57,007 nucleotides of DNA from an uncultured Pseudomonadales bacterium (lineage in GTDB: Bacteria > Pseudomonadota > Alphaproteobacteria > UBA2136 > UBA6156), in NCBI GenBank assembly GCA_964601735.1, contig CAZROO010000005.1, positions 1 through 57,007 of the forward strand, in the 5' to 3' direction. The translations under genes were made by a program, and so were the position numbers. Within the stretch, counting starts at the first letter, position 1. Each line of letters opens with the position of its first letter. Shown piece by piece: positions 9,999 through 20,089 of the stretch. Below the pieces are notes generated by a model. That model was not told the DNA's origin, did not search any database, and was given only the letters and a program-made list of their open reading frames with translations.

Positions 9999-11467
9999 CG
10001 GCTAATCACCAGCTTCTTCACGCTCGGCCCGCGTTGAAAACGCAACTCCCACGTCCGGTGAACCGCATCAAGCAAACCCTGCACGTCGCCCACGCTTTTC
10101 ACCGGCTGCTTATCAATGTTCATCAGCAAGTCCCCGGCCTGGATATCATACTGCCCCGTATTGCCGGTGCTGGTCACCACCACGCCCTGCGTGTTCAGCG
10201 GCCAGCCCAGCTCGGCATTCAGGCTCGGGCTCAACTGCTCCACCATGCTGCCGGAAAGCGGGGTGTACCCCTTCAGTTTGCGCTGCAAACCGGGGTCGCG
10301 CGGCGGCAGGCTGGTCAGGGCAATGCTCACCGTCTGCTGCGCGCCCCCGCGCCAAATCGTCATCGGCACGTTGCGGCCCAGCTTGTCGGCGGCACTCACC
10401 AGCCGGTCGCCCAGTTGCGCAGGGTCGGCTACCGGCTGGCCGTCAAAACTCAAAATTACGTCACCTACTTTCAGCCCCGAGGTCGCCGCCGGGCTGCCGT
10501 CCACCACGTTCTGCACCAGCACGCCGCGCGCCGGCCCCAGGCCCAACCGCTCGGCCAGCGTTTCGCTTACGCTTTCGCCCTCGGCCCCCAGCCACGGGCG
10601 GCGCACGCTGCCAGTGCTTACCAAATCCTTGGCCGCACGGCTCACCAGGTTGGCAGGAATCGCAAAGCTGATGCCCTGGTTGCCGCCGTTCTTGGTGAAA
10701 ATCGCGGTGTTCACGCCCACCAGCGCACCGCTGCTGTCAATCAACGCGCCGCCGCTGTTGCCGGGGTTGATGGCCGCGTCGGTCTGGATGAACTGCCCGT
10801 ACGGGCTCAGCGCCGCCGCGCTGCGGTTCACCGCGCTCACAATCCCCATGGTGGCGCTCTGGCCGATGCCGTAGGGGTTGCCCAGCGCCAGCACCACATC
10901 GCCCACCTGCATGTTGTCGCTGTTGCCGAACCGAATCGCCGGCAACCGAACCCCGGCAGGCAGCGCCAGCTTCAGCACCGCCAAATCCAAACGCTCGTCG
11001 CCGCGTACCCCGGTCACCTTGAATTCGCGCCCGTCGCCCAGCGCCACGGTCACGTCCACCGCATCCTCAATCACGTGCAGGTTGGTCACCACCACGCCGG
11101 TCGGGTCAATCACCACCCCGCTTCCCAGGCTTTTTTCAATCTTCTCGCGCACCGGCGCATTCTGGCCCTGCAACAGCTTGTCACGCACCGCATCGCTGTA
11201 GCCCTGCTTGCTGGCGGCTACTTTCTTGCTGGTATAAATGCTCACCACGCTTGGCATGGCCGCCCGCACCGCATCATGGAAACTCAACCGCACACCCGCC
11301 CCATCGCGCACCGGCACGGTCTCGGCAAAGCTAACCGGCGATAATAGAATCACTGTCATGCTAACGAAGGTCAGCATCCACGATAAACACGCGCACCCTT
11401 GCGCGCTCAAAATCTTTAATCCTGTTTGGGAGTGTTTTTGCTTCATTCTTATGTTTATCGCCATCAC
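9995..11467 (-). CDS. HtrA/DegP-DegQ periplasmic serine endoprotease with two PDZ domains (real start possibly the ATG at 11377)
   Basis: Catalytic triad TNLHV / DLAVL / QTDAAINPGNSGG; PDZ RPWLG. Confidence 0.95.
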   Translation of the reverse strand: MMAINIRMKQKHSQTGLKILSAQGCACLSWMLTFVSMTVILLSPVSFAETVPVRDGAGVRLSFHDAVRAAMPSVVSIYTSKKVAASKQGYSDAVRDKLLQGQNAPVREKIEKSLGSGVVIDPTGVVVTNLHVIEDAVDVTVALGDGREFKVTGVRGDERLDLAVLKLALPAGVRLPAIRFGNSDNMQVGDVVLALGNPYGIGQSATMGIVSAVNRSAAALSPYGQFIQTDAAINPGNSGGALIDSSGALVGVNTAIFTKNGGNQGISFAIPANLVSRAAKDLVSTGSVRRPWLGAEGESVSETLAERLGLGPARGVLVQNVVDGSPAATSGLKVGDVILSFDGQPVADPAQLGDRLVSAADKLGRNVPMTIWRGGAQQTVSIALTSLPPRDPGLQRKLKGYTPLSGSMVEQLSPSLNAELGWPLNTQGVVVTSTGNTGQYDIQAGDLLMNIDKQPVKSVGDVQGLLDAVHRTWELRFQRGPSVKKLVISR

Positions 11468-11468
11468 T

Positions 11469-12077
11469 CTAAAATCCTAATGCCTTTTTGGCGAGGGGAA
11501 CAGTCACCGCCCGTTTCTCCTCCAAACTCAACCGGTCAAGCTTGGCCACCAGCGTGCGCAACGCCGGCACGCTGCGCTCGGCCCGCGCCAGAATAAAATT
11601 AATAACCTCGGGGCTCAACTCCAGTTGCCGTTCCGCCGCCCATTTGGCCGCCACCTGCGCCAGTTCGTCGTCGCTCGGCGGCAATACTTCCACCGCCTGC
11701 CCGGCGCTCAAGCGGCTGCGCACATCCGGCAGCAATCCTCCCAGTTCCACCACCGGCTGGCGGCTTGCCACAACCAGTGCGCCACTTTTGCCCTGGTTGT
11801 TCAGCCAATGGAACAACTGCTCCTGCCCCACCGCATCCACCTTGTCCAAATCGTCGACAGCCAAAAAATTACCCTCACCAACCCTGGCGCGCCAGATGTT
11901 GAGCAAATGCGTCTTGCCGCTTCCGGCCTCGCCCCACAAACACAAAATCCCGCGCTCGAAATTTTCCAGCAGTTCACGCGCCGCCGCGCTCCCCGCAGTG
12001 GGGAAAAAACTTTCAGCCGATAAATCCTCCCGAAAAGGAAAATTCAAAACCATCTGCGCCATGGCGCCTTTATACAC
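11469..12077 (-). CDS. hdaA: DnaA-regulatory inactivator HdaA-like protein
   Basis: N-terminal QMVLNF clamp-binding motif, GEAGSGKTHLL, DVRSRL, RAERS. Confidence 0.85.
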   Translation of the reverse strand: MYKGAMAQMVLNFPFREDLSAESFFPTAGSAAARELLENFERGILCLWGEAGSGKTHLLNIWRARVGEGNFLAVDDLDKVDAVGQEQLFHWLNNQGKSGALVVASRQPVVELGGLLPDVRSRLSAGQAVEVLPPSDDELAQVAAKWAAERQLELSPEVINFILARAERSVPALRTLVAKLDRLSLEEKRAVTVPLAKKALGF

Positions 12078-12100
12078 GAAGAAACCGCAAAAATCCTAAC

Positions 12101-12706
12101 CTAAAACCTCACTTCAACCGCTCCATCCGCCCCCATCTCCGCAGTGAGTCCCTTGGCATGGAGTTGAGCCGCCAGCGTATCGGCATTGGCGTTGGGCACG
12201 GCCATTTCGGCACCGTCCACGGTAAGACGGGTATAGGTAGCGGCCAGGCCCATCGTTCGCAGCGCCTGCAACACCCGGTCCTGGGCACCGGCGTTACCGG
12301 TCACGCGTACCACGGCCTTGCTGGCCATGTCGGCGTGCGGCGGCTGAATCATCGTCGTCGGGCTGGTCTGTACGGTGGTCGAGGTCATCCCGTCAGCCGG
12401 GTTTGCCGCAGGGTTCGCATCCAGCCCCGTCGGCGACGTCACCAGCGAGGCCGAAGTCACCAGCGCGGTGGTCGCCGAAATGGTCGCGCTCACCGTCGCC
12501 AGCACTTGGTCAATATGGTCGGTGCCGACAGGCGGTGCAGCCGGGTTCACCACCACGGTCGGGGTCACATCCAGGCCCGTTTCCACACCCGCTCCCACCA
12601 CCTCACCGCCGGGCAGCACCGGTGCGACATCTTCGCTCGTCATAGGAATGGGCTGGGCCCAAACAGCGACAGGAATAAAACAGAAACCGACAGCAAAGCG
12701 ACGCAT
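12101..12706 (-). CDS. Exported hypothetical protein: long T/P/V-rich linker plus small C-terminal alpha/beta domain (possible DUF2066 remnant)
   Basis: Signal-peptide-like N-terminus; position between ndk and hdaA. Confidence 0.6.
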   Translation of the reverse strand: MRRFAVGFCFIPVAVWAQPIPMTSEDVAPVLPGGEVVGAGVETGLDVTPTVVVNPAAPPVGTDHIDQVLATVSATISATTALVTSASLVTSPTGLDANPAANPADGMTSTTVQTSPTTMIQPPHADMASKAVVRVTGNAGAQDRVLQALRTMGLAATYTRLTVDGAEMAVPNANADTLAAQLHAKGLTAEMGADGAVEVRF

Positions 12707-12742
12707 AAACTACCTCTCCGCACCACCCTACCCCGCGCAAAA

Positions 12743-12769
12743 AAAGGCGCCAAGTGACTTGGCGCCTTT
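12743..12769 (-). terminator. Terminator after ndk
   Basis: AAAGGCGCCAAG-tga-CTTGGCGCCTTT. Confidence 0.85.
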
Positions 12770-12790
12770 ATCAACAACTGCAGAGAAAAA

Positions 12791-13333
12791 TTAGCCGACC
12801 AGCTCTGCGGCCTTGAAAAACGTAGCAATTTCACGCTTCGCAGCTTGCGGGCTGTCGCTGCCGTGAACCGCGTTGGCGGAAAGGTCGGTGCAAGGCAGCG
12901 CAAAGTCGTAGCGCAGCGTGCCGGGCTCGGCCTTCATCGGGTTGGTGGCACCCATCAGCACACGGTTTTTGATAATCGCATCATCACCTTCCAGCACCAG
13001 CACCACGCACGGGCCGCTGGTCATGAAGCTCACCAGCTCGCCAAAAAACGGGCGAGCCTTGTGCTCGGCGTAAAAAGCCTTGGCCTGCTTGTCGCTGAAG
13101 TGCATCATCTTCATGCCCGCAATCTTGAGGCCGGCATTCTCAAAACGGGCCAGAATACGGCCAATCACATGCTTGCCCACGGCATCGGGCTTGATGATGC
13201 TCAGGGTGCGTTCCTTCGCCTTGGGGGCAGCCTTTACAGCCTTCTTGGCAGGTTTGGCGGCCACCTTCTTGGCGGCAGGTTTGCTAGCCTTTGCAGGCTT
13301 TTTCACAACTTTTTTGACAGGCTTTTTGGCCAT
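12791..13333 (-). CDS. ndk: Nucleoside diphosphate kinase with a 40-aa Lys/Ala/Pro-rich N-terminal extension
   Basis: [36 protein letters not shown] (catalytic His). Confidence 0.97.
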   Translation of the reverse strand: MAKKPVKKVVKKPAKASKPAAKKVAAKPAKKAVKAAPKAKERTLSIIKPDAVGKHVIGRILARFENAGLKIAGMKMMHFSDKQAKAFYAEHKARPFFGELVSFMTSGPCVVLVLEGDDAIIKNRVLMGATNPMKAEPGTLRYDFALPCTDLSANAVHGSDSPQAAKREIATFFKAAELVG

Positions 13334-13396
13334 GGGGATATCTGCTTCCGTTACAATGGCACGGTTTTTGGCGTTTTAACGTTGAACTGTCAAGGG

Positions 13397-13846
13397 TTAA
13401 GTCGCCTTTTTCCATCCCCGCTCAGTTTGCTGAAAGAAACTCACACTCCACCCCAGCCCTGCCAACATGCCTCGCCGCCTGACGGCGCTCTCGGCCGCCG
13501 CTGCATGGTACACATAAACCAGGCTTTCCGCCGGAATATCAAAAGCCTCCTCGGCCCCGGCCACCAGCACCGCCAACCGCCCTTCCAGGTGTTCCTGCGC
13601 TTGTCCCACCCCGGCCAAAAGCACGGGCTGGCGCACTTCATCACCCTCGCCAACCCGCCCATGCGGCAAAAACCCCGCCCCGGTGGGCCACAAACGCTCG
13701 TCCAACCGGCTCACGGCATTGTCGGCACTCACCAGCAGCACCCGCTTGCCGTCGTTCACCAGCTTGTCGAGAAACCCCGGCAAAAACGCGTCCACATCAG
13801 CGGGCAAATTCCCCGCCAGTTGGTAAAACCGCGCCTCCCCCACCAT
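13397..13846 (-). CDS. holC: DNA polymerase III chi subunit
   Basis: RFYQL, LDERLW, FLPHG, QPVLL, C-terminal GW; downstream of pepA. Confidence 0.85.
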   Translation of the reverse strand: MVGEARFYQLAGNLPADVDAFLPGFLDKLVNDGKRVLLVSADNAVSRLDERLWPTGAGFLPHGRVGEGDEVRQPVLLAGVGQAQEHLEGRLAVLVAGAEEAFDIPAESLVYVYHAAAAESAVRRRGMLAGLGWSVSFFQQTERGWKKAT

Positions 13847-13850
13847 AAAA

Positions 13851-15407
13851 TTAGGCTGCCTTGCGCGGACGCCCGCGTTTGCCGGTGCGAATCACCCTCG
13901 CAGCAGGTGCCGCCTCGGCAAAGTTGGATTCCAGCAGATGCGTCAACATCCGCACGCCCCAGCCGGTCGCGCCGTTCAACTCGCTGTGCGCCCCCGGCAC
14001 GCCCTTTTCGCTGTTGGCAGTCCCGGCAATGTCCAGGTGCGCCCACGAGGTGTTGCCGACGAATTTTTGCAGAAACTCAGCTGCACTCATCGCCCCGCCA
14101 TAACGCGACCCCACCGTATAGGTGTCCGCCACCGCACTCGGTGTCAGATAGCCCTTTTCAATCGGCAAACGCCACAGCCGCTCGCCGGTGTACTCACCCG
14201 CACTCTTAATCAACCGCGCCAGGTGCTCATCGTTGCCGAACAGCCCCGCATAAGCCCCGCCCAAGCTGATCATGCACGCCCCGGTCAGCGTCGCCAGGTT
14301 AATGAGCCGCGCCGGCTCGTGCTTCTCGATGGTGTAGGCAATGGCATCGGCCAGCACCAGCCGCCCTTCGGCATCGGTATTGCCGATCTCCACCATCAAT
14401 CCTTTGTAGCTCTTGTAAATGCTGTCGGTCACAAACGGGATGCCGCTCACCATATTCATCGCCAGCGTCAACACGCCCACCACGTTCACGCGGCTCTTGC
14501 GGCTGGCGATACTCTTCATCGTCCCCAGCACGGCTCCCGCGCCGCTCATATCGAACTTCATCCCCTTCTGCGCACCCGAAAGCTTCAGGTCATACCCGCC
14601 GGTGTCGTAGCATATCCCTTTCCCCACCAGCGCGGTCTTTTCTGCACCTTTGCCCGCGCCGTTATATTCCATCAGCACCAGACGCGGCTGGTTCTCGGGG
14701 CTGGCATTGCAGCCCACCGCCAGAATCAGGTTCAGCCCCAGCTTCTTCATTTCCTTTTCGTCGATGACGGTTACCTTCACGCCCAGCTTTTCCAGCTTCA
14801 ACGCCTCGTCGGCCATGAACTGCGGAGTAGCCACATTGGGTGGCGTGTTGCCGCAGTTGCGGGTCAGGTCAACGCCGCCCAGCATCGATTCCATCAGCTT
14901 TTCACCGGCGGTGAGCTTGTTGGCCGCCGTGCCGCCCACCAATACAGTCAGCTTTTGCAACTTCACCTGCTGATGCGGCTTGATGTTGGTCTTGAAATCC
15001 TCAAACCGGTACAGCGACATCTGCACACCTTCGGCCAACGCACTCCCGGCATCCACCTGCGCGGCAACGTCACCCACATCGCCCAGTGCAATTGTCACCT
15101 CGCGCCAGCCCTGCGCGTCAATCTGCCGTGCAATGGCCATCCCGGCCTTCCACCAGTCGCGGCGCTCCATCGCCTTCAGCTTACCCACGCCGTGCACCAG
15201 CACGTTGTCGCCACCAATCACGGTACGGAAAAATTCCCCCGCCCCGCCGGTAAAGCGCCCGGCACGGAAACTTTTCTTCACAGCGTTTTTGCGCGCCTTG
15301 TTCAAAACCTCGCCGCCACCCAGCAGTTTTTGGCCGTTTTCGGCAAACACCACGATATTTTTCTTCATGGCCAACGGCGTAATACGGCCAAATTTGAGCG
15401 CGAACAT
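13851..15407 (-). CDS. pepA: Leucyl aminopeptidase (M17) with C-terminal AT-hook-like tail
   Basis: LVGKGICYDTGG, MKFDMSGA, NTDAEGRLVLAD, ATLTGA, WAHLDIAG; start set at the ATG after a GGAG RBS. Confidence 0.96.
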   Translation of the reverse strand: MFALKFGRITPLAMKKNIVVFAENGQKLLGGGEVLNKARKNAVKKSFRAGRFTGGAGEFFRTVIGGDNVLVHGVGKLKAMERRDWWKAGMAIARQIDAQGWREVTIALGDVGDVAAQVDAGSALAEGVQMSLYRFEDFKTNIKPHQQVKLQKLTVLVGGTAANKLTAGEKLMESMLGGVDLTRNCGNTPPNVATPQFMADEALKLEKLGVKVTVIDEKEMKKLGLNLILAVGCNASPENQPRLVLMEYNGAGKGAEKTALVGKGICYDTGGYDLKLSGAQKGMKFDMSGAGAVLGTMKSIASRKSRVNVVGVLTLAMNMVSGIPFVTDSIYKSYKGLMVEIGNTDAEGRLVLADAIAYTIEKHEPARLINLATLTGACMISLGGAYAGLFGNDEHLARLIKSAGEYTGERLWRLPIEKGYLTPSAVADTYTVGSRYGGAMSAAEFLQKFVGNTSWAHLDIAGTANSEKGVPGAHSELNGATGWGVRMLTHLLESNFAEAAPAARVIRTGKRGRPRKAA

Positions 15408-15511
15408 GATTTTCTCCACAATTATTGAATAATTATTTTCGTGGGGCATAAAATGCCACACCCTTGCCGCCGGCATCAACCCCTATTAGGGTGCGCCCCA
15501 GAAGAACTTAA

Positions 15512-16600
15512 ATGAAAACGCTGCCCAGATACTTTGCGAGCGAGTTGATTAAACCGACGCTCCTCGCCCTCGCCGTCCTTCTCGGCATCATCTGGCTGCA
15601 ACAATCCATGATGTTCCTCGATTTCGTCATCAACAAGGGCCTCGGCCTCGGCACGTTCCTGCGCCTCACCGTCATGCTGGTGCCGCGCCTTCTCTTAATA
15701 GTGTTGCCGCTCGCGCTGTTCGCGGGTGTTGCCGCCGCCTCGCGCCGCTGGGTCGACGACAATGAGTACCTCATCCTCGCCGCCACCGGCTGGCCGCGCT
15801 GGCGGCTGGCGGTACCCGCCGCCATGTGGGGCCTGCTGGGCGTCGTACTGGCCTACAGTGTAGCCTTCTGGGTGCTGCCCCCCGCCATCACCAGTTTCAA
15901 GGAGCTTCAAAACCGTCTCCGCACCATGGATGGTGAAATCCTGCTTGAAGAAGGCGCCTTCAACCAGTTAGGCGACAACCTGATGGTCTATTTAAAAGAG
16001 CGCGTCACGCCCACCCGCCTCACCGGCCTGCTGGTGCACGATACCCGCGAACCCGCCAAAACCGTCACCTGGTTCGCCAAGGGTGGCGAAGTGGTGATGG
16101 GCCCGGACGGTTTTCCGCGCCTGGTACTCACCGATGGATTACGCCAGGAAAGCGGCAAAAACGGCGTCAACATGCTGCAATTCTCCGCCCATACGCTCGA
16201 CCTCAAGCAGCAGCTCAACCACCCCTCCAATGCCCGCCAGCGCGACATGGAAGAATATTACATCCCCGAACTGCTCAGCCAAATCCGCAACGGCGAATCC
16301 GCGCACGACAGGCAGGACGCCATCACCGAACTCGCCTGCCGCCTTACGTGGCCACTGGCCGCGTTGCCGTTATGCCTGCTCGGCGTCAGCATCATGCTGC
16401 GCCGGGCCGATCGCCGCGCCAACACCACCCGCCGCCTCGCCCTCGCCGGACTCGTCGCCGTGATTTACATCGCCCTGCTGCCGGCAGGGCAAGGGCTGCT
16501 GCAGGGCGGCAACGAAGCCGGCATGGCCCTGCTGGTGCTGTTGCCGCTTATCACAACCACCCTGGCCTTCTGGATGCTGCGGGAGCCGACCTATGTCTAA
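15512..16600 (+). CDS. lptF: LPS export ABC permease LptF
   Basis: Three N-terminal TMs, DNEYLILAATG motif, periplasmic beta-jellyroll, three C-terminal TMs; paired with lptG. Confidence 0.9.
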   Translation: MKTLPRYFASELIKPTLLALAVLLGIIWLQQSMMFLDFVINKGLGLGTFLRLTVMLVPRLLLIVLPLALFAGVAAASRRWVDDNEYLILAATGWPRWRLAVPAAMWGLLGVVLAYSVAFWVLPPAITSFKELQNRLRTMDGEILLEEGAFNQLGDNLMVYLKERVTPTRLTGLLVHDTREPAKTVTWFAKGGEVVMGPDGFPRLVLTDGLRQESGKNGVNMLQFSAHTLDLKQQLNHPSNARQRDMEEYYIPELLSQIRNGESAHDRQDAITELACRLTWPLAALPLCLLGVSIMLRRADRRANTTRRLALAGLVAVIYIALLPAGQGLLQGGNEAGMALLVLLPLITTTLAFWMLREPTYV

Positions 16601-17720
16601 AGCCATCCTCCCCAGCCTGAGCGCCCCGCGCCGCGCCGGCCCCACCATCGGATTCTATCTCGCCCGCCGTTTTGCCTGGACGCTGTTCTTCGTCATGCTC
16701 GGCCTCACCGCGCTTATATACGTCATCGACACGCTTGAAATGCTGCGCCGCCTCGGCAACCACAACATCGGGGCTTCCGTCGCGCTTAAAATGAGCCTGT
16801 TCCGCCTGCCCGACTTGGCGCTGACCCTGCTGCCCTTCGTCGTCCTGCTGGCCACGCTCGCGCTGCTCCGGCAACTTACCCGCAATTCCGAAATCATTAT
16901 CCTCCGCGCCGCAGGCCTGCCTACCTGGCGCCTGCTCAACGGCCCGGTGACGGTCATCCTGCTCACCGGCATGCTGGCGCTGTTCATCGGCAATCCGCTG
17001 GCGGCCACCATGCTCAAGCGGTACGAAAGCTGGCAGGCCGAAAACCTGCCCGGCAGCACCAAGGGGGTGGTCACGGCGGGGGGCACCATCTGGCTCAAGC
17101 AACGGCAGGAAGACCACGATTTCTTCATCACCGCGCGCGAGGCCCAAAGCAATGGCGCCTTACTCAAGGACGGCACCGTCTTCCTCTTCAGCCCCAAGGG
17201 CGATTTCCAGGCCCGACTGGACGCCGATACCATCACGCTGGAACCCGGTCTCTGGCACCTTAACAACACCACGCTGCTGCAACCCAACCAGCCGGTAAAG
17301 CACGAAGATTCCGTCACCATCCCCACCGACCTGACCCCGCAGGTCATCCAGAGCAGCTTCCACCCCGCGGGCACGCTCACCTTATGGGAACTCAACCGCT
17401 TCATCGATATCCTGCGCGAAACCGGCTTCCCCAGTAGCGCGCACGAAATGCAATTCCAGCGCCTGCTCGCCCTGCCCGCGCTGCTCTTCGCCATGTTCTG
17501 GCTGGCGGTGCCGTGGGGCCTGCGCAACGTACGCGGCGGCGGCGTCTGGCAACTGGCGGCAGCGGGCGTCGGCATGGGTTTCGGCTTTTATTTGCTCACC
17601 AACCTGTTCACTACTTTCGGCCTGGCCGGGCGCCTCAACGTGGTGCTGGCCGCCTGGGCCCCGGTGCTGGTGGCGGGCATGGCCGCCGCCGCCCTGCTCC
17701 TCGCCTGGCGCGAAGAATAG
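16593..17720 (+). CDS. lptG: LPS export ABC permease LptG
   Basis: SEIIILRAAG, GTIWLKQ, LAAWAP; overlaps the lptF stop. Confidence 0.9.
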   Translation: MSKAILPSLSAPRRAGPTIGFYLARRFAWTLFFVMLGLTALIYVIDTLEMLRRLGNHNIGASVALKMSLFRLPDLALTLLPFVVLLATLALLRQLTRNSEIIILRAAGLPTWRLLNGPVTVILLTGMLALFIGNPLAATMLKRYESWQAENLPGSTKGVVTAGGTIWLKQRQEDHDFFITAREAQSNGALLKDGTVFLFSPKGDFQARLDADTITLEPGLWHLNNTTLLQPNQPVKHEDSVTIPTDLTPQVIQSSFHPAGTLTLWELNRFIDILRETGFPSSAHEMQFQRLLALPALLFAMFWLAVPWGLRNVRGGGVWQLAAAGVGMGFGFYLLTNLFTTFGLAGRLNVVLAAWAPVLVAGMAAAALLLAWREE

Positions 17721-17795
17721 GGTCAAAGGACAATAGCTCACAGGCAAAAAATTTTATCGCCTGCAATCCTGTCACCCTGTTAGCCTGTAATCCTT
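17718..17795. repeat. Octamer arrays between lptG and lptD
   Basis: Degenerate left arm from the lptG stop (TAGGGTCA-AAGGACAA..CAGGC); right arm GCCTGCAA-TCCTGTCA-CCCTGTTA-GCCTGTAA-TCCTT. Confidence 0.65.
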
Positions 17796-17804
17796 GCTAG
17801 GCGC

Positions 17805-20039
17805 TTGACGCCACCCCATTCCACCATCCATTGTCGGCCCTGGAAAAAGAGCCCGCCCCTGTACCGCATTTTGGCCCTGTTAGCGTTATTCGCCATCCCC
17901 GCGGCCTGGGCCCAAACCACAGCGCCTGTTTCCGGCACCCAAGCCAAGTCTCCCCAACCCTTCGACCTCGACGCCGACACGGTAAGCTACGAAAGCTCAC
18001 CCACCCGCATCGTCGCCCGCGGCAACGTGGTGGTCAGCAGCTCCGACGGCCGCCTGCAAACCCCCGAACTCACCTATTATTCCGATACGGGCCGCGTACT
18101 GGCTTCCGGCGGCGTCACCTATACCAACCCCTCCAACCAGGTACTCACCGCCCAAACGCTCGAACTCACCGACAAATTCCGCCAGGGCGCCGCCGACAAG
18201 CTCACCATGTCGGTGCCGCAACTCGGCCAGATTCTCACCGCCCAAACCGCCACCAAACTCAGCCCCACCGAATATCAATTGAACCACGCCACCTACAGCC
18301 CGTGCCGCACCTGCCCGGGCGAAAGCAAACCCTGGTCGGTCAGCGCCCAAACCGTGACGTACGACACCTCCGAAAGCAAGGTCACCTACCGCAACGCCGT
18401 CTTCAAGGTCAAAGACACCCCCATCATGTACCTGCCCTATTTCAGCAACAGCGTAGGCCCCAAACAACCCAAAAGCGGCCTATTGTTACCAACCGTCGGC
18501 CACTCCTCCAATAAAGGCTTCATGGTCGGCGAACGCTATTACATCTGGAACCCGCGCGAAAACGCCGATTACACCATCGGCGACACCTACATGAGCGCGC
18601 GCGGCCATATGCTTGCCGCCGAGCGCCGCCAGATTACCGACTACACGCAAAGTGAATTCCGCGGCAGCTTCATCAACGACCTCGACCAGAACTCCCGCCC
18701 GCGCGGCGATGTCCAGGGTATCTTCCAGCAGGTGCTCCAGCCCGGCCTGCGTGTCGGTTTCAATGCCGAGCGCGCCAGCGACCGCACCTACCTCAACGAA
18801 TACTTCGGCCGCACCGACCCCTATCTCGCCAGCACGCTCTACGGCGAAAGCGGAGCCGAAGACCACTACTACGCCCTCACCGCCACGCAGTTCCAGAACC
18901 TCAGCAGCACCATGCCCAACGGCAGCGCGTCGCAGGCCACCACCGCGCAAGTGCTGCCGCACCTCCAGCTCGAAAAAACCTTCAGCATGGGCGGCCGTGG
19001 CGACACCCTCAACCTCACCGGCGACTCCATCAACCTCATGCGCACCACCGGCACACGCTACCGCCGCATGATCGGCATGGCCGACTACAATAAGCCACTG
19101 CTGTTTGAAGACGGCAGCAAGCTCAACCTCGACGCCACCCTGCGCGGCGACTATTACAACGTCGATGGCCAAAATGGCCCTGGCTCCCAAAACGGCGATA
19201 CCTTCCGCGCCCTGCCGGAAGCCACCGCGCTCTGGAGCAAGCCCTACGTCTCGCCCGGCGGCTATCATACCATCGCGCCTACCGTCATGGGCGCCCTTTC
19301 GCCACGCGGGGGCAACCCTTCCGGTATCCCGAATGAAGACTCCGTCGGCTACGAACTCGACGCCGCAAACCTGTTCGAGCCCAACCGCTACGCCGGGCTC
19401 GACCGGGTCGAAACCGGCCCGCGCGTGGTCTACGGACTCGACAACCGCTGGGGTGATGCCAGCCACACCGACTGGCGCCTGTTCCTCGGCCAGGGCATCC
19501 GTAAATTCAACGACAACCGACTGCCGACCAACAGCGGCGCCGCCACCGCGGTAACCGACTGGATTGCCGCCGCCGAGGCCAACCCCACCAACTGGCTCAA
19601 TTTCCAAAACCAGCTCCGGCTCGATAATTCCGACCTCACCATCCGCCGCGCCGACACCAGCATGCGCATCGGCGAGTACAACAGAACCCGCCTCATCGTC
19701 ACCCACAGCTATCTCGACAACGGCCCCAACGAACTGAGCCTCGACTTCCAGTTACCCATCAACGACAACTGGTCGTTCCTCTCCCAGGCGCGCGAGGACA
19801 TCGCCAACAATACGCTGCTCGAAGGCACCGCCGGCTTCCGCTTCAGGGCTGACTGCTATCAAGTCGACCTGATGGCCAAGCGCAGCGGATACGAAAGTGC
19901 CGACCTCCACCCCAGTACCGACTACATCGTCAACCTCAAGCTGCTCACCTTCAACACCGGTGACGACAACGGCAACATCGGCGTCCTGCCCGGTGCCACC
20001 GATACCCGCAGCAGCCTCGACACCATGCCAAAACTGTAG
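17805..20039 (+). CDS. lptD: LPS assembly outer-membrane protein LptD
   Basis: LDADTVSY, ATYSPCRTC, IMYLPYF, SDRTYL, NEDS, DRVETGPR, ADCY. Confidence 0.93.
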   Translation: MTPPHSTIHCRPWKKSPPLYRILALLALFAIPAAWAQTTAPVSGTQAKSPQPFDLDADTVSYESSPTRIVARGNVVVSSSDGRLQTPELTYYSDTGRVLASGGVTYTNPSNQVLTAQTLELTDKFRQGAADKLTMSVPQLGQILTAQTATKLSPTEYQLNHATYSPCRTCPGESKPWSVSAQTVTYDTSESKVTYRNAVFKVKDTPIMYLPYFSNSVGPKQPKSGLLLPTVGHSSNKGFMVGERYYIWNPRENADYTIGDTYMSARGHMLAAERRQITDYTQSEFRGSFINDLDQNSRPRGDVQGIFQQVLQPGLRVGFNAERASDRTYLNEYFGRTDPYLASTLYGESGAEDHYYALTATQFQNLSSTMPNGSASQATTAQVLPHLQLEKTFSMGGRGDTLNLTGDSINLMRTTGTRYRRMIGMADYNKPLLFEDGSKLNLDATLRGDYYNVDGQNGPGSQNGDTFRALPEATALWSKPYVSPGGYHTIAPTVMGALSPRGGNPSGIPNEDSVGYELDAANLFEPNRYAGLDRVETGPRVVYGLDNRWGDASHTDWRLFLGQGIRKFNDNRLPTNSGAATAVTDWIAAAEANPTNWLNFQNQLRLDNSDLTIRRADTSMRIGEYNRTRLIVTHSYLDNGPNELSLDFQLPINDNWSFLSQAREDIANNTLLEGTAGFRFRADCYQVDLMAKRSGYESADLHPSTDYIVNLKLLTFNTGDDNGNIGVLPGATDTRSSLDTMPKL

Positions 20040-20053
20040 CCTGGCAGGCAGCA

Positions 20054-20078
20054 AAAAGGCCCCTCAACAGGGCCTTTT
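20054..20078. terminator. Bidirectional terminator
   Basis: AAAAGGCCC...GGGCCTTTT between convergent genes. Confidence 0.8.
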
Positions 20079-20089
20079 CAATATCGAAA

